From: an uncultured delta proteobacterium
GTDB taxonomy: Bacteria > Myxococcota > Myxococcia > Myxococcales > Anaeromyxobacteraceae
DNA length: 64,000 nt
Direction of reading: 5' to 3'
Assembly (NCBI GenBank): GCA_963814585.1
Contig: CAWFDF010000012.1
Location: forward strand, 128,001 to 192,000
In this document: in pieces, positions 44,084-53,623 of the stretch
Layout of the letters: each line of letters starts with the position of its first letter
Position numbering within the stretch: the first letter of the stretch is position 1
Notes under the pieces: generated by a model
Told to the model about the DNA's origin: nothing
What the model saw: only the letters and a program-made list of their open reading frames with translations
The model's database searches: none
Translations under genes and position numbers: made by a program

Positions 44084-46834
44084 ATGGCACGCACGAGGTA
44101 CACCGGCCCGACCCAGGACTCCCGGCTGCGGGAGCTCCCGGCCGCGGCGCTCCGTGCCGTCGTGCGAGAGGGCTACACGGCCGCCGACTTCCGCGCCGAC
44201 CTCATGGCCGGCCTGGTGGTGGGCGTGGTGGCGCTGCCGCTGGCCATGGCGCTGGCCATCGCGGTCGGGGTCCCACCCCAGCACGGCCTGTACACCGCCA
44301 TCGTGGCCGGCGGGCTGGTGGCGCTGCTGGGCGGCTCCCGCACCCAGGTGACCGGCCCGACGGCCGCCTTCATCGTCATCCTGGCGCCGGTCTACACCCG
44401 CTTCGGGATGGCCGGGCTCCTCCTCGCCGGGCTGATGGCCGGCCTGGTCCTCATCGGGATGGGGCTCTTCCGGATGGGGAAGCTCATCCAGTTCATCCCG
44501 CACCCGGTGACCACCGGCTTCACCGCCGGGATCGCCGTGGTCATCGCCGTGCTCCAGGTGAAGGACCTCCTCGGGCTCCGCCTCGAGCACACCCCCGAGC
44601 ACTTCGCCGAGCGGATCGAGGCCATGGTGGCGGCGTCCGGGACCGCCTCCTCCTGGGAGCTGGCGGTCGGCCTCTTCACCCTGGCGCTGCTCCTCTACTT
44701 CCCGCGGCTGACCAGGCGGGTGCCAGCGCCGCTGGTGGCGCTGTCCGCCGCCGCCGTCCTGGCGGCCGTCCTGGCTCGCGTCGCCGGCGTGGAGATCGCA
44801 ACCATCGCCAGCCGGTTCCACACCGTGGTCGGTGGCCGGGTGGTGGACGGCATCCCCCAGCTGCCGCCGCTCCCGGTCCTGCCGTGGCTGATGCCGGGCC
44901 CGGGAGGGGCACCGCTGCAGATCGACTTCGGGACCCTCCGGGCCCTCCTGCCCAGCGCCCTGGCCATCGCCATGCTCGGCGCCATCGAGTCGCTGCTCTC
45001 CGCGGTGGTCGCCGACGGCATGGCGCGGACCCGCCACGATCCCGACGCCGAGCTGCTGGCCGCCGGCGTCGGCAACGTGGTCGCCCCCTTCTTCGGCGGC
45101 ATCCCCGCCACCGGCGCCATCGCCCGCACCGCCACCAACATCCGCTCGGGCGCCCGCACGCCGGTGGCCGCCGTGATCCACGCGGTGGTGGTGCTGGCGG
45201 CCGTGGTGGTCCTGGCCCCGGCCCTGGGCTACCTGCCCATGTCCGCGCTGGCGGCCCTGCTGCTGCTGGTGGCCTGGAACATGTCCGAGGCCAAGCACTT
45301 CCTCCACACCCTCAAGGTGGCGCCGCGCAGCGACGTGGCCGTGCTGCTCACCTGCTTCGGCCTCACCGTCTTCACCGACATGGTCATCGGCGTGGGCGTG
45401 GGCATGGTGCTGGCCGCCATGCTCTTCATGCGCCGCATGGCGGCGGTCACCGAGGCCAGCATGGAGCTCGAGGATGGCACGGCGCTGCCCGGGCCGGTCC
45501 CCTCGGGCGTGGTCGTCTACCGCGTCTCCGGGCCGCTCTTCTTCGGCGCCGCCCAGAAGGCCATGGGCGCCCTCGGCGCCATCGCCGATCGCGTCCGGGT
45601 GGTGGTCTTCCGGCTCGACCAGGTGCCCGCCATGGACGCCACCGGCATGGTGGCGCTGGAGAGCGCCGTCGGGCGGCTGCGGACCGCCGACGTCACCGCC
45701 ATCCTCCACGGGCTCCGGCCGCAGCCGCGCGAGGTGGTGGGCCGCTCCGGCCTGCTCGACCACCCCGGCGTGCTGGCCTGCGACGACTGGGCCGAGACCC
45801 TCCGCCTGGCGGGCCAGATCGTGGCCGAGGAGGCCGGCGGCCTGGCCTCGATCTCGTCGCGGCTCACCGCCGCCGACGTGATGAGCCGGGACGTGGCCTT
45901 CGTGGCGCCCGCCGCCTCGCTGCGCGAGGTGGTGGAGACCATGCTGGTGAAGGGGCGCCGGGCGGTGCCGGTGGTGGAGCGCGGGAAGGTGGTCGGCATC
46001 ATCTCCAACGGCGACCTGGTGCAGCGCGGCGGCCTGGGCGTCAGGCTGGAGCTGCTGCGCGGGATGGCCTGGGCCGACGTCCACGCCCACCTGGACGGGC
46101 TGGCGGGCGCGGCCAAGACCGCGGCCGACGTCATGACGGCACGGCCGGTGACCGTCCAGGAGTCGACCCGGCTGCGCCGCGTCGCCCGGCGCATGGACCA
46201 GCGCCGGCTCAAGCGGCTCCCGGTGCTCGACCAGGGCGGCGCGCTGGCCGGCATGGTCAGCCGCGTCGACCTGCTCCGGGCCACGGCCGGCCTGGCGCGG
46301 CCGGGCGAGGAGCAGCCGGCGCTGGCCGCCGTGCCGGAGGGCGCCCGGGTCGCCGGCATCATGCGCACCGACGTCCCGGCGGTGGGGCCGGACGCGCCGC
46401 TGGCCGAGGTCCTCGGCGCCATCGTGTCCACCCGGCTCAACAAGGCGCTGGTGCTGGACGGCGACCGCCGCGTCCTCGGGCTGATCACCGACGCCGAGCT
46501 CATGGACCGGCTGAGCCCGTCGCTGCGCCCCGGCCTGCTGCGCTCGCTGATGCAGCGGCCGCCGTCGACGGCCGGCGACGCGGCCGATCCGGCGGTGCGG
46601 CACGCCCAGGCGCGGCGGGCCTCGGAGCTGATGACCACCGACGTCCCGGTGGTGAGGCCGGAGACGCCGCTGGCCCAGGCCATCACCACCATGCTCGACG
46701 CCAACCGGAAGATCCTGGCCGTGGTCGACGGCGACGGCCGCCTGGTCGGGGTCGTCGATCGCGCCGACCTGCTGCGGGGGATCGCCGCGCAGACCGGCGG
46801 GGAGCCCGGGGCGGGCGCGGCGCCGGCTTCCTAG
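44084..46834 (+). CDS. SulP/SLC26 anion transporter (DauA/YchM-like) with STAS domain and two CBS pairs
   Basis: DLMAGLVVGVVALPLAMA, GPTAAF, IESLLSAVVADGM, ATGAIART, STAS GPLFFGAA...MDATG, then four CBS repeats. Confidence 0.9.
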   Translation: MARTRYTGPTQDSRLRELPAAALRAVVREGYTAADFRADLMAGLVVGVVALPLAMALAIAVGVPPQHGLYTAIVAGGLVALLGGSRTQVTGPTAAFIVILAPVYTRFGMAGLLLAGLMAGLVLIGMGLFRMGKLIQFIPHPVTTGFTAGIAVVIAVLQVKDLLGLRLEHTPEHFAERIEAMVAASGTASSWELAVGLFTLALLLYFPRLTRRVPAPLVALSAAAVLAAVLARVAGVEIATIASRFHTVVGGRVVDGIPQLPPLPVLPWLMPGPGGAPLQIDFGTLRALLPSALAIAMLGAIESLLSAVVADGMARTRHDPDAELLAAGVGNVVAPFFGGIPATGAIARTATNIRSGARTPVAAVIHAVVVLAAVVVLAPALGYLPMSALAALLLLVAWNMSEAKHFLHTLKVAPRSDVAVLLTCFGLTVFTDMVIGVGVGMVLAAMLFMRRMAAVTEASMELEDGTALPGPVPSGVVVYRVSGPLFFGAAQKAMGALGAIADRVRVVVFRLDQVPAMDATGMVALESAVGRLRTADVTAILHGLRPQPREVVGRSGLLDHPGVLACDDWAETLRLAGQIVAEEAGGLASISSRLTAADVMSRDVAFVAPAASLREVVETMLVKGRRAVPVVERGKVVGIISNGDLVQRGGLGVRLELLRGMAWADVHAHLDGLAGAAKTAADVMTARPVTVQESTRLRRVARRMDQRRLKRLPVLDQGGALAGMVSRVDLLRATAGLARPGEEQPALAAVPEGARVAGIMRTDVPAVGPDAPLAEVLGAIVSTRLNKALVLDGDRRVLGLITDAELMDRLSPSLRPGLLRSLMQRPPSTAGDAADPAVRHAQARRASELMTTDVPVVRPETPLAQAITTMLDANRKILAVVDGDGRLVGVVDRADLLRGIAAQTGGEPGAGAAPAS

Positions 46835-46866
46835 CGGCGCCGGCCCGGTCGCCGTCCAGGAACGCC

Positions 46867-46897
46867 GAGGGCCCCGCTGGATGTCCAGGGGGCCCTC
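46867..46897. terminator. Hairpin between the convergent sulP gene and tRNA cluster
   Basis: gagggcccc-gctggatgtccag-ggggccctc. Confidence 0.55.
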
Positions 46898-46937
46898 TGA
46901 TCCAGCTGATCCAGCGTGTTTCCGGGTGGTTCGTGAG

Positions 46938-47010
46938 TGAGCGCGGAAGGAATCGAACCTTCAACCTATGGATTAAGAGTCCATTGCTCTGCCAGTTGAG
47001 CTACGCGCCC
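46938..47010 (-). tRNA. tRNA-Lys(CTT)
   Basis: Anticodon arm ATGGA-CTCTTAA-TCCAT and GGTTCGATTCC. Confidence 0.95.
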
Positions 47011-47043
47011 GAAGAACGAGATCGGGATGGCGGAAAGGGCGCG

Positions 47044-47072
47044 GATCTACCAGCGCCCGTCCGGGCTGTCAA
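47044..47072 (-). promoter_or_regulatory. Putative sigma-70 promoter before tRNA-Lys
   Basis: TTGACA-N17-TAGATC on the minus strand. Confidence 0.55.
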
Positions 47073-47103
47073 CGTGCCGCCGCGCTGGCGGGCCAGCGCC
47101 GTG

Positions 47104-47180
47104 TGGCGCGCCCGGAGGGACTCGAACCCCCGACCAGCGGCTTAGAAGGCCGCTGCTCTGTCCAGCTGAGCTACGGGCGC
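47104..47180 (-). tRNA. tRNA-Arg(TCT)
   Basis: Anticodon arm GCGGC-CTTCTAA-GCCGC. CCA encoded. Confidence 0.95.
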
Positions 47181-47194
47181 TTCGCGAGAAGGGT

Positions 47195-47271
47195 TGGGGT
47201 GAGTAAAGGGGTTCGAACCCTTGACCCCCGGATCCACAGTCCAGTGCTCTACCGATTGAGCTATACTCACC
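47195..47271 (-). tRNA. tRNA-His(GTG)
   Basis: Anticodon arm CTGGA-CTGTGGA-TCCGG. G-1 and CCA encoded. Confidence 0.95.
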
Positions 47272-47349
47272 GTAAAATTTGACGACCTCGTTGCTGCCCC
47301 GGCGCCGCAGGTGTCGCGCGGCCCGGCCACCACCATCGCTGTCAAAGAG

Positions 47350-47423
47350 TCGGGGCGGCCGGATTCGGACCGACGACCTCCTGCGCCCAAGGCAGGCGCG
47401 CTACCAGGCTGCGCTACGCCCCG
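47350..47423 (-). tRNA. tRNA-Pro(TGG), atypical T-loop
   Basis: CGGGGCG acceptor and anticodon arm CCTGC-CTTGGGC-GCAGG. T-loop reads TCCGAAT. Confidence 0.88.
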
Positions 47424-47471
47424 GAATCGATGGGCCGACCGGGCGAGCCGGTCACTCCGAGGGGGTGGTAC

Positions 47472-48119
47472 CTAGCGGGTCTCCCTCGGTTCGTCAAGGG
47501 CGGCGAGGCGAGCCAGGACCGGCCGCAGCGCCCGGAAGGCCTCCCCCCGGTGCGACAGCGCGTCCTTCTCCTCCGCCGGCAGCTCGGCCATGGTGAGGGC
47601 CCGCCCCTCGGCCACGAAGAGCGGGTCGTAGCCGAAGCCGCCCGTCCCGCGCGGGGCCTTCCCGATCCGGCCGCGGCAGCGCCCCTCGACGCTGGCGAGG
47701 ATGCGGCCATCCGGTCCCGCCAGCGACAGCACCGCCACGTAGGCGGCCCCCCGCTGGTCCTTGGGCCGGCCGGAGAGCGAACCCAGCAGCTTCTGGTTGT
47801 TGCGGCGGTCCCGCTCCTCCCGCGGCAAGGCGCCGGGCGCCTCCGCCTCCGACCAGCGCGCCGAGAGGATGCCGGGGGCGCCGTCGAGCGCATCCACGCA
47901 GAGGCCGGAGTCGTCGGCCAGCGCCAGGCGGCCCGAGGCGAGCGCGAAGGCGCGGGCCTTCTTCTCGGCGTTCTGCCTGAAGGTGGCGCCGTCCTCCACC
48001 ACCTCGGGGAGCGGCGCGCCGAGCGCCTCGGGCGCCACCACGGTGATGGGCAGCCCCGCCACCAGCCGGCGCAGCTCGCGCAGCTTCCCCGGGTTGCCGG
48101 TGCCGAAGAAGAGCTCCAT
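47472..48119 (-). CDS. rdgB: Non-canonical purine NTP pyrophosphatase (HAM1 family)
   Basis: TGNPGKLRE, ADDSGLCVDAL, GFGYDP, SHRG. Confidence 0.95.
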   Translation of the reverse strand: MELFFGTGNPGKLRELRRLVAGLPITVVAPEALGAPLPEVVEDGATFRQNAEKKARAFALASGRLALADDSGLCVDALDGAPGILSARWSEAEAPGALPREERDRRNNQKLLGSLSGRPKDQRGAAYVAVLSLAGPDGRILASVEGRCRGRIGKAPRGTGGFGYDPLFVAEGRALTMAELPAEEKDALSHRGEAFRALRPVLARLAALDEPRETR

Positions 48120-48137
48120 CCCCTCCCCCGCGCCCGG

Positions 48138-48851
48138 CTACCCGAGCGCCTGCCGCTGAAGCTCGCCGAGGCGGGTGATCCCCTCGAGCGCCAGGTCGAG
48201 CATGCCGTCCAGCTCGGCGCGGCCGAAGGCCTTCCCCTCGGCGGTCCCCTGCACCTCGACCAGCTTGCCCTCGCCGGTGGCCACCACGTTCATGTCCACG
48301 TCGGCGGTCGAGTCCTCGTCGTAGTCGAGGTCGAGCAGCGCCACCCCGCCCTTCACGCCGACGCTGACCGCGGCCACGCTCCGGACCATGGGGCTGGTCT
48401 TGATCTTGCCGTCCTTCTGCAGCCGGCGCACCGCCAGCGAGAGCGCCACCCAGGCGCCGGTGACGGCGGCGGTGCGGGTGCCGCCGTCGGCCTGCAGCAC
48501 GTCGCAGTCGAGCGCGATGGTGCGCTGGCCGAGCGCCTTGAGGTCGATGGAGGCCCGCAGCGCCCGGCCGATGAGCCGCTGGATCTCCAGGGTCCGGCCG
48601 CCCTGCTTGCCGGCGGCCGCCTCGCGCCGCATCCGGTCGTGGGTGGAGCGCGGCAGCATCCCGTACTCGGCGGTGACCCAGCCGGCGCCGGTGCCGAGGA
48701 CGTGGGGCGGGACCCGGTCCTCGATCGACGCCGTGCAGAGCACGTGGGTGTCGCCGAAGCGGGCCAGGCAGGAGCCCTCCGCGTACTTGGAGAAGCCTGC
48801 CTCGAGGACGATCTTGCGGAGCTCGCGCTCGCCGCGACCTTGGGTTCGCAT
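48138..48851 (-). CDS. rph: Ribonuclease PH
   Basis: [45 protein letters not shown]. Confidence 0.97.
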   Translation of the reverse strand: MRTQGRGERELRKIVLEAGFSKYAEGSCLARFGDTHVLCTASIEDRVPPHVLGTGAGWVTAEYGMLPRSTHDRMRREAAAGKQGGRTLEIQRLIGRALRASIDLKALGQRTIALDCDVLQADGGTRTAAVTGAWVALSLAVRRLQKDGKIKTSPMVRSVAAVSVGVKGGVALLDLDYDEDSTADVDMNVVATGEGKLVEVQGTAEGKAFGRAELDGMLDLALEGITRLGELQRQALG

Positions 48852-48926
48852 CAGGGGCGGCATCCTAGTGCCCGGACCCGGGCAAGTCGACTGCTGCGAG
48901 GCCGATCCCCGGCCGGGGCCGGCGCG

Positions 48927-49691
48927 CTACCGGCGCCGCTCCGCCTCGCGCCACGCCCTGACCCCGGCGGCGATGGCGCCGGCGATCTTCTCCTGGTGGG
49001 CGGCGCTGGTGAGCCGCCTCGACTCCGTGCCGTTGGAGATGAAGCCCACCTCCAGCAGCACCGCCGGCATGCGGGCGCCCGCCAGGACGTAGAACGGCGC
49101 CTGCTTCACGCCGCGGTCCTCCGAGCCGAGCCCCGCGACCAGCCGATCGTGGAGCGCGTAGGCGAGGCGGGAGGAGCCGGCCAGCGACGCCGACTCCTCC
49201 AGGTCCTGGAGGATGCCGGCCACCGGGTCGGCCGGATCCGGCAGCGGCTCCCCGGCCATCCGGTCGGCGTTCTCGCGCGCCGCAGCCGCGGCGGCGCTGG
49301 CGTCGCTGGCGTCGGCGGAGAGGAAGTAGGTCTCCACCCCCGACGAGACCCGCCGCGCCTCGGCGGTGGCCATCGAGTTCAGGTGGATGGAGACGAAGAC
49401 GTCGGCCTTGAGGCCGTTGGCCACCGCCGCGCGCGTGGTGAGCGGAACGGCCACGTCGCCGGTCCGGGTCAGCACCACCTTGGCGCCGAGCTGCTCCAGC
49501 TTCGGCCGCAGGCGGCGGGCGATCTGGAGCACCACGTCCTTCTCCTTCACGCCGCTGGGCGAGAGGGCGCCGTCCTGGTCGCCGCCGTGGCCGGGGTCGA
49601 CCACCACCACGAAGTCGGGCGGCTTGGGCGGTGGCCGGGGAGGCGCCGGGGCGGCGAGCGTCAGGGCGGCGGCGAGGAGCGAGACCTTCAT
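48927..49691 (-). CDS. N-acetylmuramoyl-L-alanine amidase (Amidase_3), exported
   Basis: Signal peptide, DPGHGG, EKD, SIHLN, LLEVGF. Confidence 0.92.
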   Translation of the reverse strand: MKVSLLAAALTLAAPAPPRPPPKPPDFVVVVDPGHGGDQDGALSPSGVKEKDVVLQIARRLRPKLEQLGAKVVLTRTGDVAVPLTTRAAVANGLKADVFVSIHLNSMATAEARRVSSGVETYFLSADASDASAAAAAARENADRMAGEPLPDPADPVAGILQDLEESASLAGSSRLAYALHDRLVAGLGSEDRGVKQAPFYVLAGARMPAVLLEVGFISNGTESRRLTSAAHQEKIAGAIAAGVRAWREAERRR

Positions 49692-49702
49692 GGCGGCACG
49701 TC

Positions 49703-50752
49703 CTACACCACCTCGAGGCGCGCCGGCGAGCCGGGCAGCACCTCGCCGATGTCGGCGGCGCGGACCCCGGCGGCGGCCAGGGCCGCCAGCACGCCGGCCG
49801 AGCGCTCCGGCGCCACCGCCGCCAGCAGCCCGCCGTTGGTCTGGGCGTCGGCCAGCACGATGAGCGGCAGCGCCGCCTCCGGGTCGGCGCGGAGGTGGGG
49901 CAGCACCCAGGCCAGGTTGGCGCGCGAGCCGCCCGGCACCACGTCGGCCGCGGCCAGGTCCACCACGCCGTCGAGCACCGGCACCGCCTGGGAGCGGATC
50001 CGCAGGCCCACGCCCGACCCCTCCGCCATCTCCCAGGCGTGGCCGAGCAGGCCGAAGCCGGTGACGTCGGTCAGGGCGTGGACGGCGCCGGACTTCGCCA
50101 GCGTCTCGCCGGCGGCCCGGTTCAGCTCGGCCATGAGGCGGGTCACCTCGTCCTGCAGGCTGCCCAGCGCCACGCCCCGCTTGATGGCGGTGGTGATGAT
50201 GCCCGAGCCGAGCGGCTTGGTGAGCAGCAGCCGGTCTCCCGGCCGGGCCCCGACGTTGCGCAGGATCCGGTCGGGATGGACCAGGCCGGTGACGGCCATG
50301 CCGTACTTGGGCTCCGGGTCGTCGATGGAGTGGCCTCCCAGCACCGGCGCGCCGGCCAGCGCCGCCGCCTCGGCGCCGCCGCGCAGGACCTCGCCGAGCA
50401 GCTCCAGCGAGAGCGTCTTCACCGGCCAGCCGACCAGGTTGAGGGCGAAGAGCGGCCTCGCGCCCATGGCCCAGATGTCGGAGAAGGCGTTGGCGGCCGC
50501 GATCCGGCCGAACCAGTAGGGGTCGTCCACCACCGGCGTGAAGAAGTCGACGGTCTCGACGACCGCCTGGTCGGGCGAGAGGCGATAGACCGCGGCGTCG
50601 TCGCGGGTCAGGTGGCCGACCAGGACGTTGGGATCGTCGACGGGCTTCAGGTGGCGCAGGACCTGCGCCAGGTCCGCCGGGCGGAGCTTGCAGGCTCAAC
50701 CGGCGCCGTGGCTGAGCGTGGTGAGCCGGACCGTCTTCTCCTGCTCGCTCAT
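49703..50752 (-). CDS. selD: Selenide, water dikinase; selenoprotein with Sec at codon 19 (TGA 50698-50696)
   Basis: ATG 50752 gives MSEQEKTVRLTTLSHGAG-TGA-ACKL, in frame with DDAAVY, TVDFFTPVVDDPY, GGHSIDD, TDVTGFGLLGH, DAQTNGGLL. Confidence 0.95.
50659..50675 (-). promoter_or_regulatory. Putative bacterial SECIS stem-loop
   Basis: GGACCTG-GCG-CAGGTCC, 21-37 nt 3' of the TGA, with G in the apical loop. Confidence 0.65.
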
Positions 50753-51462
50753 GCCAGCGGCTTCTGCCCCTCGGCCAGCTCCAGGTACAAGGTGGCGTTG
50801 CGGTTCCCCGGGCTGATGGCCAGCACCGCCTTCCACTGCTCGGCCGCCTCCTCCTTGCGCCCGGCCGCCAGCAGGCTCAGGCCCAGGTTGAGCCGGGCCG
50901 GCACGTAGGTCGGGCTCTGCTTGATGACCTGCTCGTACTCGGTCATGGCGGCGTCGCGCTCGCCGGCGTCGCGCAGCGCGCCCGCCAGCCGGGCCCGGAT
51001 GTCGGAGAAGGCCGGGCCGAGCGCCAGGGCCCGCCGGTACTCGGCCACCGCCTCCTGGTAGAGCCCGGCCGAGAGGTAGACGTCGGCGATCTCGGCGTAC
51101 ATGTTGGCCAGCTTGCCCGCCACGAAGCGGTCGAGCTTGGTCTCGGTGGCGCCGGAGCGGGAGAGCGCGTGCCGGTAGGTCTCCTGGGCGTCCTTGTAGC
51201 GGCCGGTGTCGTTGTAGGTGACGGCCAGGTTGAGGGCGGCGTCGGTGTAGCCGGGGTTGATGCGGAGCGCCGCCTCGAAGGAGCGCTGGGCTTTCTGGTA
51301 CAGCCCCTGGTCGTGGTAGACGACGCCGAGCATGTTGTAGACGTCGGCGAACGACTGGTTCTTCTCGACCACCTCGGTGAGGTACTGCTCGGCGAGCGCG
51401 TACTCCCGCTTCAGGTAGTAGCCGCGCCCCAGCGCCAGGGCCTGCTTCAGGGTCTCGTCCAT
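50749..51462 (-). CDS. TPR-repeat protein
   Basis: Repeated TPR patterns (ADVYNMLG, ALRINPGY, ARLNLG). ATGA overlap with selD. Confidence 0.88.
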   Translation of the reverse strand: MDETLKQALALGRGYYLKREYALAEQYLTEVVEKNQSFADVYNMLGVVYHDQGLYQKAQRSFEAALRINPGYTDAALNLAVTYNDTGRYKDAQETYRHALSRSGATETKLDRFVAGKLANMYAEIADVYLSAGLYQEAVAEYRRALALGPAFSDIRARLAGALRDAGERDAAMTEYEQVIKQSPTYVPARLNLGLSLLAAGRKEEAAEQWKAVLAISPGNRNATLYLELAEGQKPLA

Positions 51463-51491
51463 GTCGACCGTTCCTCCCGCGATGAGCGACT

Positions 51492-52268
51492 CTACATCAG
51501 CCCGTCGACGATGACCCAACGGCCGTCCTCCTCGGCGAGCTCGAGCCGGGCCCGCAGCGGCGACTCCGGACCCTCCCCGACCCGCACCCGCTCGTCCTCG
51601 CCCACCACCACCCGCCCCGGCTCCACCCGCACCTGCCAGGCCGTGACGGTCAGCGTGGCGGCGGCCCCGGACCCGAGGTCGCGGGCCAGCTGGGCCAGGA
51701 CGGCCGCCCGGCCGCCCGCCCCGCGGTAGCGCGCCCCCACCAGCCGGCCATAGGCGGCGGCGTCACGGGCATTGAAGGCGTCGATGCGCCGGAAGAGGAT
51801 CGGCAGCACCCGCTTCAGCTCGGCCAGCTGCCGGCCGTCGGCGCACCACCCGCCCAGGTCGCACGGGGTCATGGAGAACCGCTCGCGGCCGACGTAGGTG
51901 ACGCGGATCCTCCCGCGGCGCCAGTCGATGGCCCCCTCCCCCTCCACCATGGCCACCACCTGGGCCCGCTCCCCCTCGACGGTGATGGCGAGGTCGCCGA
52001 AGCGCACCCCGGTGAGCTCCAGGGTGCCGCCGGCGTCGAAGCCGTAGACGTCGGAGAGGTGGAGGCTCCGCTGGCGCGCCAGCGCGGCGCGGACCCGGGT
52101 CTCGGGGTCGGCCACCGCCCCGGCCAGCCGCGGCGTGGCGTCGCGGAGCCACCAGCCGGCTCCGAGGACCAGCAGCACCAGCGCCACCGGGAAGAGGAAC
52201 GGGGCGCCCTGTCGGGCCTGGAGCAGCCGGCCGAGGGCTCGCCGCGGAGCCTTAGCGGAGCTGCCCAA
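51492..52268 (-). CDS. Hypothetical single-pass membrane protein
   Basis: N-terminal TM helix. Fills the gap between bamD and the TPR gene. Start uncertain. Confidence 0.6.
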   Translation of the reverse strand: MGSSAKAPRRALGRLLQARQGAPFLFPVALVLLVLGAGWWLRDATPRLAGAVADPETRVRAALARQRSLHLSDVYGFDAGGTLELTGVRFGDLAITVEGERAQVVAMVEGEGAIDWRRGRIRVTYVGRERFSMTPCDLGGWCADGRQLAELKRVLPILFRRIDAFNARDAAAYGRLVGARYRGAGGRAAVLAQLARDLGSGAAATLTVTAWQVRVEPGRVVVGEDERVRVGEGPESPLRARLELAEEDGRWVIVDGLM

Positions 52269-53028
52269 GCAGCTTCTCCGCCTCGTACCGCCGCGGGTCC
52301 TGCGGGTACCGCGCGATCAGCTTCTGCAGCGCCTGCTGGGCGCGGAACTTCTCGTCGAGCCTGGCGTAGGCGTAGCCCATCCGCATCAGCGCCTCGGGCT
52401 CCTGCGGCGTGCCCGGGTACTCGCGCACCAGGGTCTCGTAGCGCATGGCGGCCCCGGCCCAGCGCTCCCGCTTCCAGTAGAACTCACCGACGTAGGCCTC
52501 GTGATCCGCCAGCCGCTTCTGCGCCTCGGCCAGCAGCGTCCGGGCCTCGGGGACCTGGGCGGCCTCGGGCCGCTGCTTGAGGAAGGCGACCAGGAGGTCG
52601 GCCGCCGCCCGCAGCGCCTTCTGGTCCTTCTCGGCGGTCCTGGGGAAGAGGAGGAACTCGGTGGGGGCGTCGTCGTAGCGCGCCCGCGCGGCGCGGAAGG
52701 CGGCGTAGTCGACGTTCTCGTGGGTGGGGTGGGCGGTGACGAAGGCCGAGTAGGCCTCGGAGGCCTCCAGGAAGCGGCTCTGCAGGTACTTGGAGTCGGC
52801 CTGGCGCAGCTCGGCCAGCGCCGCGTACCTGGAGAACGGGTACTTGGTCCGGACGTGCTCGTAGAACTTGCCGGCCTCGATCCAGTTCTCCTTCTTCATC
52901 TCGTCGAGCCCGGCCTCGTAGTTCTCCTCGGGGGTCCTGGCGTAGCGGATCTCGCCGGTGAACGAGACGCGGCCGCTGGCGCAGGCCAGCAGCGGGAGCA
53001 TGGCGACGAGGAGCATCCGGGTGCGCAT
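52252..53028 (-). CDS. bamD: Outer membrane protein assembly factor BamD
   Basis: Lipobox LLAC, KYPFSRYA, HPTHENVDYA, LADHEAYVGEFY. Confidence 0.9.
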   Translation of the reverse strand: MRTRMLLVAMLPLLACASGRVSFTGEIRYARTPEENYEAGLDEMKKENWIEAGKFYEHVRTKYPFSRYAALAELRQADSKYLQSRFLEASEAYSAFVTAHPTHENVDYAAFRAARARYDDAPTEFLLFPRTAEKDQKALRAAADLLVAFLKQRPEAAQVPEARTLLAEAQKRLADHEAYVGEFYWKRERWAGAAMRYETLVREYPGTPQEPEALMRMGYAYARLDEKFRAQQALQKLIARYPQDPRRYEAEKLLGQLR

Positions 53029-53106
53029 GAGGAGGCGGAACATAGCCCAGAACCGATGGCGGCGCATCGCTCGGCGGGGGCTCGCCAGGCCCGCCTGGAG
53101 ACCGCT

Positions 53107-53607
53107 TCAGCCCTCGTCCAGGTCCCGGGCCGCGAGGTCCCCCAGCACCCTCGCCACCGCCCCGCCGGAGAAGCCACGCCCGAGCAGGAAGCGGGCCAGC
53201 CGGGCGCGCGCCCGGGGGTCCAGCCGGTCGAGCGGGGTGCCCCGGGCCCGCCGCACCGCCAGGGCCCGGCACAGGGCGGCCTCCCCGCCCGGCGCCTCCG
53301 CCTCCAGGGCTCCGGCCACCGCCGCCCTCGCCTCGCCGGCGCCGACCCCGGCCCGCAGGAGCCGCCGCTCGGCGACGCGCGGACCAACCCGTCCCGAGGC
53401 GATCAGGCTGCGGGCCCGTCCGCGCGCGTAGGCCCCATCGTCGAGGTACCGCAGGTCCCGCAGCCACCCGACCACGGCGTCGGCCTGCCCGGCCAGGTCG
53501 GCCTTCCCGAGGCGGGACCGGACCTGCGCCTCGGTGCGCGCGGCCGCGGCCAGGTAGCGGAGCGCCAGCGCCCGGGCCCGCTGCAGCGGCGGCTGGCCGG
53601 GCTTCAC
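53107..53607 (-). CDS. recX: RecX regulatory protein
   Basis: ALRYLAAAARTEAQVR, YLDDGAYA, GP, RFLLGRGFS. Start approximate. Confidence 0.82.
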   Translation of the reverse strand: MKPGQPPLQRARALALRYLAAAARTEAQVRSRLGKADLAGQADAVVGWLRDLRYLDDGAYARGRARSLIASGRVGPRVAERRLLRAGVGAGEARAAVAGALEAEAPGGEAALCRALAVRRARGTPLDRLDPRARARLARFLLGRGFSGGAVARVLGDLAARDLDEG

Positions 53608-53623
53608 CGAGGCGCGGGTGGCC

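Noticed and set aside
41963..46603. 1546-aa giant HyfB fusion
   Set aside because: The upstream part is the antisense shadow of sulP. HyfB similarity starts near GTG 43960.
47317..47345. Sigma-70 promoter before tRNA-His
   Set aside because: TTGACA is present but there is no credible -10 hexamer at 16-18 bp.
50696..50698. Nonsense mutation making selD a pseudogene
   Set aside because: The TGA sits exactly at the catalytic Cys/Sec position and is followed by a SECIS-like hairpin.
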